Notes under the pieces: model-generated
The model's input: the letters and a program-made list of their open reading frames with translations, nothing else
Database searches by the model: none
What the model was told of the DNA's origin: nothing
Made by a program: the position numbers and the translations under genes
Source: Mobula hypostoma
Taxonomy: Eukaryota
DNA: 64,000 nt
Assembly (NCBI RefSeq): GCF_963921235.1
Contig: NC_086100.1
Location: 162,626,001 to 162,690,000, forward strand
Direction: 5' to 3'
Shown here: positions 36,832 to 46,513 of the stretch, in pieces
How positions within the stretch are numbered: the first letter of the stretch is position 1
Layout of the letters: each line of letters opens with the position of its first letter

Positions 36832-38349
36832 GGGTAAAGAAGAGGGAATGATCAGGTGAGGGGAATAGTTGATTATTTTGGCTGTTTCCCAAGGGAGTGG
36901 GAAGTGTCAACAGTCAATGGAGAGAAAGCTGATTTCCCTCAAATTTCTTGTGTGAATTTATGTCATAAATTATGTATTTAATTAGCTACTCAGCTAGCTT
37001 GCGCATCACTCTAATCCCAGAAATCCCTTACCAAAGGCACTACACTAAATATCACATGTAGAAACAGGAAGTTTACATCACAGATTCCACTAACTTAATC
37101 TTGGTAACCTCCTTTATGATCTCTGTGGCAGTCCTTCCTTCTAAGTGGCTGGAGAAACCATGGCAATATGAATAGTTTTTTAGAAACTGAAGGTATAAAA
37201 TGACAGTATGTCACAGCCACAATGACTTCAACAATGCTTAGTTGTTTTGTTTTGGCTAATTTGTACTTCTGAGATTTCCCTTATCTTGGATAATTGGGTT
37301 ATAAAACATACCGAGAGATCATTTCTCAAGGTTCAGGAATAAATGAATCAAAACCAGAATCAGATTTATTATCACTGACCTAGATTGTGTGAAATTTGTT
37401 GTTTTGCAGAAGCAATTGAGTACATAAAATTACTACAAATTACAAAAATAAACAAAGAATGCAAAAAAGTGATGAAGAAGTGTTCTTGGTTTCATAGGCA
37501 GTTCAGAAATCTGATGGCAAAGGGGAAGAAGTTGTTTTTGAATCATTGATTGAATCATAGATCTTCAGGCTCCTGTATCTGCTTCCTAATAGTGGTAATA
37601 AGAAAAGGCCACATCCAGGATAGTGAGGGTCCATTATGATGGATGCCGCCTTCCTGTGGCACTGTAACGAAAATTATTTCAAAATTCATTTCCATGCTCT
37701 TTCTTGATTCAGCAATAGGCATTCGCGTATGTTTTTGCGAAAGAGACACTGTGCACATGTTGAACCACAAGAAAACACTTTATTAGAACTAGTACAATTG
37801 CAATACAAAAAGCTAAATAATATTTACCATCCACTAAACAAGCTGAATTGCATAATGCCACCAAACTTTTATGCAACCTTTTCTCTGTTTGTCTAACTTT
37901 ACAAACCTTAACCTTCTCGAAGAACATCCCTATCTTCTCCAACTCTCAGCAGTAGTATCAGTCATGTCCTCGGCTAAGACAAAGCTCTCCTCCCGCACAA
38001 AGAAAGCGTCCCTTTTCATACCTTTTTAAGATTCCTTCAAAATAGATCATTATCACTCCAGTGCTTTTCCGTGCATTTGGTACCTGCACTGGCACAATGA
38101 CCTCACCTTCCCCAGACCAACATGATTTTCCTCATTATCCACTAATTAGCTGACAGCTTGTGCTCCCTTAACTTTCTCAAAACATTGCTGTGGACTGGTT
38201 CTCCTGTACTTTCTCAAAAAAATACCACTCCAAGCGAACTGCATTTTGTCTTAGAGACTTCCATTTTACTTTAGCGAATGCAAGGAGGAATCACATTTAA
38301 TTCTTTCCTAACAGGCACCATTTCTTGCAGATATCCTCGATAGTGCAAT

Positions 38350-39040
38350 GAGTCTACAACCCTCTGCAGCCTCTTACGTTTATAGGACTGGAGCCTCCAC
38401 ACCAGGCTGTGATGTAATCACTTTGAATACTCCGTACATCAACAGAAACTTGAAAGAATCTTTGCTGACATACCAAATCTTTAGAGTCACTGGTGTGCCT
38501 TCTTTATGATTGCATTGATGTGTTCCCCATGATAGATCCTCCAAGATGTTGGCACCCAAGAACATCAAGCTGCTACCCTTTCCAACCCTGTTCCCTCAGT
38601 GAGAACTGGTGTACGTCTCCCAAGTTCCTCTTCCTGAAATCAATTCCTTGGTCTTGCTCACATTGAGTGCATGGCTATGGTTGTGACACCACTCAACCAG
38701 TCAACCACTCAACAATCTCACTGTGAAATACAAGAAATTCTGCAGATGATGGACATTTTGAGCAACACACTCACAATGCAGGAGGAACTCAGCAAGCCAC
38801 GCAGAATCTATGGAGGAGACTAAATAATTTATGTTTTGGGCTCAGATCCTCCATCAGAACTGTAAAGGAAGAGGGCTGAAGCCAGCAGTGTGTGTATCTC
38901 ACTCCTATAAGCTTCCTCATTGCCATCTGAGATTCTACAATTGTTGTGTTATCAGTGAATTTCTAGTTGGCATCTGAACTGTCTTGAGTGCAGACAAAGT
39001 AAAGCAGTGGGCTAAGCATTCATTCTTGAAGTGCTCCTAG
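38350..39040 (-). mobile_element. Decayed Rex1-like RT fragment interrupted by a Penelope pseudo-LTR piece (38723-38895)
   Basis: FLGANILEDLSW remnant (ORF 38380-38568). The insert is flanked by atctcact at 38715-38722 and 38896-38903. Confidence 0.7.
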
Positions 39041-39092
39041 GAAACCAGGGAAGTAAAATGTTTGTGTCCCCACCACAGAAATAAGATGGAGG

Positions 39093-39284
39093 TGTTCTGT
39101 TCTTCATACGTACCATGGGTTACTCATAAAGACACATATTCTGGAAGAACATAACTAGAACTTTTATTTAACAACAAACAGCAACTATGTTTAACATACA
39201 AGCTTCTCGATCATTCTGTCAGTTCTGCACATGCTCAAACTCGGTCCAGTCACGTTCTGACACGTGACACATGATATCACCACA
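39093..39284 (-). repeat. 3' LTR
   Basis: TG...CA termini. Direct repeat of 40658-40850, with about 20 differences by hand alignment. AATAAA on the - strand. Confidence 0.95.
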
Positions 39285-39297
39285 TCTTCCTTTCCTT
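39285..39297 (-). other. Polypurine tract (PPT)
   Basis: The minus strand reads aaggaaaggaaga immediately before the 3' LTR. Confidence 0.88.
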
Positions 39298-39341
39298 AAA
39301 AAGAAAACAATTGGCAACATTAATCAAAACAAATGCATAAT

Positions 39342-39623
39342 TTAACATGTCTCTATCAGTCTCTCTGGGGGTTTACAAACACGAATAGACCTTCTAAGTG
39401 GTTCACACAGTTCTTATGTTTCATTGTTATTTTCATGTTTTGTCTGGTCTGCATCAGTTAATGGAAACTCTGAAGTTGGCTCTATCTTGAGGTCTTTGCG
39501 ATTTCTTCTTACCCCTGCTCCCTCCTCTGTTTGGACCATGTGTAATCTGGGTTGTACTTCTTCAAATACTGTAGCTTTCTGTGTCCATGTGTTCATTTTC
39601 TCTCGTATCCTTATTTTATCTCT
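39342..39623 (-). pseudogene. Gypsy pol C-terminal remnant (integrase C-terminal domain and tail)
   Basis: DKIRIREKMNTWTQKATVFEEVQPRLHMVQTEEGAGVRRNRKDL, then past one in-frame TAA (39414-39416) ELCEPLRRSIRVCKPPERLIETC*. These are typical Gypsy pol end motifs. Confidence 0.85.
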
Positions 39624-39794
39624 TTGTCCTTCAGACGAATGTCTCCTTAGGTCAGTCAATTCACGTTCTACTGCTTCCTTATACTGTTCCCACTGTGCGT
39701 GTTCTTGCTCTAGACGGTGATGAAACTGAATTTCATATTCTCTCAGTGTCTCTTTCATTATCGCTTGCATTGAAGCAACCTCCTCCTGCCACTT
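39624..39794 (-). pseudogene. RABEP1: Captured fragment of Rabaptin-5 (RAB GTPase-binding effector protein 1) coding sequence, N-terminal coiled coil
   Basis: Translates KWQEEVASMQAIMKETLREYEIQFHHRLEQEHAQWEQYKEAVERELTDLRRHSSEGQ. Gapless match to human RABEP1 ~110-165 as I recall it (WREEVASLQAVMKETVRDYEHQFHLRLEQERTQWAQYRESAEREIADLRRRLSEGQ). Needs BLAST confirmation. Confidence 0.88.
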
Positions 39795-39795
39795 G

Positions 39796-40547
39796 TTTTA
39801 TTTTCTTTCTACTTCAGCAACAGCATGAAAAATGATTACTCTTACCACAGCTGTTGCACACTTTCCAATACGCTGGACACATTGTAGGTCGTTGCTGCCG
39901 CCCACAGTGATCACAAAGTTTTTTTTCTTTCAGATGACGTCTTGCTCTCTGACAGTTTGGTTGTCGCTTCATTATTTTTTTTTAATATGTTCGTGCACAG
40001 CATGTATATTACAGTTCTCAATAAAAAGCTCTTTATCCTGCAACTTCACGGTTTCCGAAGCTTTGCAGAGAATCAAAGCTTTTTCCATTTTTACATTTGG
40101 TTCTCTTAAGAGTCTTTCTCTCAGAGCATTGTCCAGAATGCCGCAAACAATTCTGTCTTTAACGAGAGAGTCTGTCAGCTCTGCAAACTCACATGTTTTA
40201 CTGTGGTTTCTCAATTCCGTAACAATTTGATCAATCGTTTGACCAGCTTTCTGCTTGCATGTAAAGAATTTATACCGTTCATACGTCACATTGCATTTCA
40301 GTATGCAAAATGACTCAAACTTGTCGATTGTCACTTTTAGATTCAAATTATCTCCATCTTCAAAAGTAAAATGGTTATATACCTCAATTGCGTCATCCCC
40401 AATCACGTGGAGGAGAATTGTAGCTTTCGTTTTCTCTGTTTTATTATCTGCTCCGATAAATAAATTTCAAAACGCTGTTTAAATCTTTCTAGTTTTCAGC
40501 TACATTCCAGTCAGCTGAAGCATTGATGGAGGTTGCAAAACTTCCAT
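39796..40547 (-). pseudogene. Gypsy gag, frameshifted
   Basis: ATG at 40547 (MEVLQPPSMLQLTG...). Core reads NVTYERYKFFTCKQKAGQTIDQIVTELR...CEF..LTDSLVKDRIVCGI. Tandem knuckles CDHCGRQQRPTMCPAYWKVCNSCGKSNHFSCCC. Confidence 0.92.
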
Positions 40548-40644
40548 TCTTTAAGCTGTTAGCAAACAACGAAAAAGTTTGCGCTTTTTTTTGGATTATC
40601 TTCGCTTCTCCCGTGTTAGTGAAACAAATTATTCTTCCAGACTG

Positions 40645-40657
40645 ACTTCTGACACCA
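40645..40657 (-). other. Primer-binding site, tRNA-Leu type
   Basis: Minus strand tggtgtcagaagt directly after the 5' LTR. Complementary to the 3' end ACTTCTGACACCA of vertebrate tRNA-Leu(CAA) as recalled. Confidence 0.85.
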
Positions 40658-40850
40658 TATTGTGCTCTTTATATGTACCATGGGTTACTCATAAAGACAC
40701 ATATTCTGGAAGAACATAATTAGAACTTTTATTTAACAGCAAACTGCAACCACGTCTAACATACAAGCTTTTCGATCATTCTGTCAGTTCTGCGCATGCT
40801 CACAGCTCGGTCCAATCACGTTCTGACACGTTGCACATTATATCACCATA
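40658..40850 (-). repeat. 5' LTR
   Basis: Direct repeat of 39093-39284. Both terminal dinucleotides have mutated to TA. Confidence 0.95.
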
Positions 40851-43800
40851 GGAGGCATTAGAGATTATACAGAAAGATTTGAATTGATGATACCCAGCAA
40901 AAATATTAGAACCACAATACAACTCTGATAAGTTTTAAGCCACACTTAAAACTTTAACTCTGTTTTTTTTCAACCTGCAGATTTTATGGACTGTTGTTAT
41001 CACAATGACTATTCCAACCCACGTAAAATTAATTCTTTCTTACACACTGCACAACAGTAATGTGATATGATATACTGTTGAATATGATATATTTAAATAG
41101 TGTAAGAAACAGAAAAAGATGTGTTTCAAGTTTGCATGGGAATGGGATTTTAGTGAGTGTAGAAAAAGCACATGAATCAGAGCCTGATAAGTTTAAAGGG
41201 AGCTTGGGAACCAGGGCTCTAATGTGTTAATTGGAGAATAAAAATTAGACTGCAGTGAACCTGTTGTCCTTACCTGTTCCAGTCTATAAAAAATGACTTA
41301 TTGTTAACTGTGCTGCAACGTGGTTCAGGCTGAGGAGAAAATATGCAAAGTTGATCCATGTAATTTACTTCTAGGCTATATACCTGACCTGCTTGCCATG
41401 GAATCTGATTATGTATGTTGGGTTTAGGCAGGTGCTGTGTAGAACATTCAGCTTTAGGTGTGGCTGCATTGTGCAGACCAGTTCAATATTTCATCTGGGT
41501 CAGAATGATATGCAAAGTATTACCATATGTGTGAAATCATATTTGTACAACCTGGCTTGCTGTACGTTTTCCACAATCTTATTATTAACAACACATAATA
41601 CATGCAAAGAAGCATAATCTTCTACTTAATAGCCATGTACGTTATCTGGTTTCACCCCATCAGAGAGATTCCCTTTGTTCCACCACCCCAAATCCTGCAT
41701 ATTCTCTGACACTGAAATCCAACCTGTTTTCTTTTTTTTCCTATTCTGATGAAGGGTCTTGGATCTGAAATGTTAAATGTCTCTCTCTCTTTCTGTAGAT
41801 GTTGCCTGTCGTGTTGAGAGTTTCAGACATTTTCTGTTTTAATTAGAATATGTTTTATTCTTGGTCAATGTTTTCTGTTCTGTCCTCAAACAGTTCAATA
41901 TTGTGCTTGAAATTGATATATTTGTAAATCTGGATGGGTAAGATCGAGTAGAACATGAAACAGTACAGCACAGGACAGACCCTTCAACCCACGATATTGT
42001 GTCCAGCTAATTTAATGTCAGAGAAATGTGTACAATATACATCCTGGAATGCTTTAAACAATTAAACCAATTGCTCATAATTAATCTAATCCCTTGTCTC
42101 TACACATCGACCATATCTCTCTCTCTCTACATATTCATGTGCCTGTTTAAGAGTCTCTTAACCACTGTGTTCAGACCCGCTGTGTAAAAAAACTCACCTC
42201 ATACATCTCCCCTGTACTTCAACCCTGCTTAAAACAGTAGGTAAAACAATTATAAATCCTCAGGCTTTGATTATGTTTGGTTTAACTATGATTGGATAGG
42301 CCTTGGTTTGAGTTTTAATTTTATACATAAAGAGATCTTTAACCTGCCAGTTATTATCATTTGCTCGATAATATTATTTTGAATAACTATCTATTATATG
42401 TCTATGTCTGTAATATATGCCTGTTAATCTCTCAATATGTTCAATGACTAGACCTGCTGTAACTGATTTCACAGTAAAATTTCAAAATACGAACCTGGCC
42501 AGTTAATGACAAAGAAGTGTTTTCAGTCCAATAACTTGGCTGCAGTAACTAACAGATTGAATCTGTTATGACCTACAAAAATAAAGAGGTTGAGACTCAA
42601 ATTAAAAACAATCATTACAACACTGAGCATATGCGCTTACGAACAAATTTTTTTTTCCATGGCCCATTACTTGGAAACAATCGATTTCAGTAATTTATTT
42701 TATCTTCACAGCCATGTAGAATATCCCATTGACCCCAGGAGGTTTTGGAGATTTATTCATCTAAATGTTGTGAGCAACTCAGCATTTAAAGTACATCCCT
42801 GGTAATATTCTGACTCCCCTTAGATTTGAAGGTAAAGGGTCTTCAGTGTCTTGTCTGTGAATTAACACAAATTCTAGTGTTAGGATGAATATTGAGCTGT
42901 GTAAATGGGTACGCACACACAGAGCCAAATGGCTTATTTCTTGAAGGCACAAGAGACTGCAGATGCTAGAATCTAGAGACTGCACATTATCCATATTCCT
43001 CCATTTCTTGCTTATTCAAGTGTCAATCAAAAGCCAGTTAATGACACTATTATTTCTGCTTCCGCTACTCCCCCGGCATCCTTTTCCAGGCTCTCACCAT
43101 TCTGTGTAATAAACTTGCCCTGCAACTGGAGGACCTGAGCTGATTAAGTTAGGGCTTTATTCACTGGAGCAGAGGAGAATAAGGAGAGATCGTATAAAGG
43201 TATAAATTAAGAGGGATATAGATATGGTGAATGTATGCAGGCTTTTTGCCCAGAGAAGGCGGAACAACTGAAATCAGAACTTCTCAAGAGGCCACTGTTT
43301 GAAGAGCATAAAGACCTCAGAAAGCTGTAGGATCAGAAGTTGTCTAGAAGATGAAGATGGCCAAAGTTCCAGAGAAATCTTGTAAATCAACTGCGGGGAT
43401 ATTAAATACCAGAAGAAACAACACACTGGACCATTGCTACACCACCATCAAGAATGCCTTCTGTGCTATTCCGTGCCCTCACTTAGGGAAGTCTGATCAC
43501 CTGGCTGTACTTCTACTCCCTGAGTATAAGCAGACACTGAAGACTGCAGCACCAGCAGTGAGGACCAAGAAGGTATGGACAAGGGAAGCAACGGAGTGCC
43601 TAAGGGACTGCTTTGAATTGGTAGACTGGACTGTATTCAGGGATTCATCTTTGAACCTGGATGAGAATGCTGCAGTTGTTAACGACTTCATTAAAACCTG
43701 TGTGGATGAGTGTCTGCCCACAAAGACTTACTGTACATTCCCAAATCAAAAGCCGTGGATGAACCAGGATGTATGTCATCTGCTGAAGGCTAGATCTGTG

Positions 43801-44179
43801 GCATTCAAGTCTGGCGACCCAGGCCTGTACCAGAAAACCAGGTACGATTTGCGGAGGGCTATTTCAAGGGTGAAGAGACAATTTTGAATGAGGTTGGAGG
43901 TGACCTCAGATGCATGGCAACTCTGGCAGGGTCTGCAAGACATTACTTCCTACAAAGCAAGACCCAATAGTATGAATGGCAGTGATGAACCAGATGAACT
44001 CAACGCTTTCTATGCATGCTTTGAAAGGGAGAACACAACTACAGCTGTGAAGATCCCTGCTGTACCTGATGACCCTGTGATCCCTGTCTCAGAGACCGAT
44101 GTTAGGCTGTCTTTAAAGAGAGTGTACCCTCGCAAGGTGGACGATCCTGATGGAGTACCTGGTAAGGCTCTGAAAACCT

Positions 44180-46366
44180 GTGCTAACCAGCTGGCGGGAG
44201 TATTCAAGGACATTTTCAACCTTTCACTGCTATGGGAGGAAGTTCCCACTTGCTTCAAAAAGGCAACAATTCTACCAGTGCCTAAGAAGAATAATGGGCT
44301 GCCTTAATGACTATCACCTGGTGGCACTCACATCGACAGTGATAAAATATTTTGAGAGGTTGGTCATGACTAGACTGAACTCCTGCCTCAGCAAGGACCT
44401 GGACCCATTGCAATTTGCCTATCACCATAATAGGTCAACGGCAGACGCAATCTCAATGGCTCTCCACACAGCTTTAGACCACCTGGACAACTCAAACACC
44501 TACGTCAGGATGCTGTTCATCGACTACAGCTTGGCATTTAATACCATTATTCACACAATCCTGATTGAGAAGTTGCAGAACTTGGGCCTCTGTACCTCCC
44601 TCTGCAATTGGATCCTCGACTTCCTAAATGGAAGACCACAATCTGTGGGGATTGGTGATAACATATCCTCCTCGCTGACAATCAACACTGAAGACTGCAG
44701 CACTAGCAGGGGTGTGTGCTTATCCCACTGCTCTACTCTCTATATACACATGACTGTGTGCCTAGACATAGCTCAAATACCATCTATAAATACCATTAAA
44801 TACATCTATGTGGCCCCTGCCCACCCCCCATATGAGTCATCTGTTGTTGGCCCCCAACCAGCACATATTCCACTCTCCCCTCCTACCCCTCCTCACAGTC
44901 CCCCACCCTGCTCTCATGACTATACCCCTTTCCCACACGAAACCACCACGGTGGGCTTGACAGCTGAACAGGTGAGAAGACAGCTGAAACGTCTCAACCC
45001 AAGCAGGGCTGCAGGCTCGGATGGTGTCAGTACCAGGGTGCTCAAAGCCTGTGCCCCTCAGCTATGTGGAGTACTTTGTCATGTCTTCAACCTGAGCCTG
45101 AGTCTCCAGAGGGTTCCTGTGCTTTGGAAGACGTCCTGCCTCGTCCCTGTGCCGAAGACGCCGCGCCCCAGTGGCTTCAATGACTACAGACCGGTGGCAT
45201 TGACCTCCCACATCATGAAGACCCTGGAGAGACTTGTTCTGGAGCTGCTCCGGACTAATATTAGGCCATACTTAGATCCCCTCCAGTTCGCCTACCAGCC
45301 CCGACTAGGAGTTGAGGATGCCATCGTCTACCTGCTGAACCGTGTCTATGCCTACCAGAACAAGCCAGCGAGCACTGTGAGGGTCATGTTTTTTGACTTC
45401 TCCAGTGCGTTCAACACCATCCACCCTGCTCTGCTGGGGGATAAGCTGACAGCGATGCAGGTGGATGCCCTGGTATCATGGATTCTTGATCACCTGACTA
45501 GCAGACCACAGTACGTGTGCTTGCAACACTGTGTGTCCGACAGAGTGATCAGCAGCACTGGGGCTCCACAGGGGACTGTCTTGTCTCCCTTTCTCTTCAC
45601 CATTTACACCTTGGACTTCAACTATTGCACAGAGTCTTGTCATCTTCAGAAGTTTTCGGATGACTCTGCCATAGTTGGATGTATCAGCAAGGGAGATGAG
45701 GCTGAGTACAGGGCTATGGTAGGAAACTTTGTCACATGGTGTGAGCAGAATTATCTGCAGCTTAATGTGATAAAGACTAAGGAGCTGGTGGTAGACCTGA
45801 GGAGAGCTAAGGTACTGGTGACCCCTGTTTCCATCCAGGGGGTCAGTGTGGACATGGTGGAGGATTACAAATACCTGGGGATACAAATTGACAATAAACT
45901 GGACTGGTCTAAGAACACTGAGGCTGCCTACAAGAAGGGTCAGAGCCGTCTCTATTTCCTGAGGAGACTGAGGTCCTCTAACATCTGTTGGACGATGCTG
46001 AGGATGTTCTACGAGTCTGTGGTGTCCAGTGCAATCATGTTTGCTGTTGTGTGCTGGGGCAGCAGGCTGAGGATAGCAGACACCAACAGAATCAACAAAT
46101 TCATTCGTAAGGCCAGTGATGTTGTGGGGATGGAACTGGACTCTCTGACGGTGGTGTCTGAAAAGAGGATGCTGTCCAAGTTGCATGCCATCTTGGACAA
46201 TGTCTCCCATCCACTACATAATGGACTGGTTGGGGACAGGAGTACATTCAGCCAGAGACTCATTCCACCAAGATGCAACACTGAGCGTCATAGGAAGTCA
46301 TTCCTGCCTTCGGCCATCAAACTTTATAACTCCTCCCTTAGAGGTTCAGACACCCTGAGCCAATAG
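44180..46366 (+). pseudogene. Chimeric 728-codon ORF spanning two nested Rex1 elements: partial host RT plus uninterrupted RT of the insert
   Basis: From the ORF track; first in-frame ATG at 44294. RT N-terminal motifs occur twice ([21 protein letters not shown], then [36 protein letters not shown]). No endonuclease and no evidence of expression. Confidence 0.8.
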
Positions 46367-46513
46367 GCTAGTCTTGAACTTATTTCCTGGCATAATTTAC
46401 ATATTACTATTTAATTATTTATGGTTTTATTACTATTTAATTATTTATGGTGCAACTGTAACGAAAACCAATTTCCCTCGGGATCAATAAAGTATGATTA
46501 TGACTATGACTAT
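44809..46513 (+). mobile_element. Young 5'-truncated Rex1/Babar LINE, copy 2, with open RT frame and (CTATGA)n tail
   Basis: Paralogue of 11766-13525. Tail aataaagtatgattatgactatgactat. Candidate TSD ctataaat at 44784-44791 and 46510-46517. Confidence 0.95.

Larger units (their letters stand above)
39093..40850 (-). mobile_element. Non-autonomous Gypsy (Mag-like) LTR retrotransposon carrying a captured RABEP1-like fragment
   Basis: Two ~192-bp direct LTRs, 5-bp TSD ggagg (39088-39092 and 40851-40855), PBS, PPT, gag with two CCHC-type knuckles, and an integrase C-terminal tail. PR, RT, RNase H and IN core are absent. Confidence 0.95.

Noticed and set aside
37750-38340. Possible ancient gag or zinc-knuckle remnant on the minus strand
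   Set aside because: Only vague Cys/His spacing among many stops; not supportable without a profile search.
39624-39794. RABEP1-like segment as genuine exons of a resident RABEP1 gene
   Set aside because: It lies between gag and the integrase tail inside an LTR element with a TSD, and no other RABEP1 exons were recognised in the window.
44180-46366. 728-aa ORF as an autonomous active LINE or domesticated RT gene
   Set aside because: It has no endonuclease or promoter and is explained by nesting of two Rex1 copies. Kept only as a chimeric ORF.
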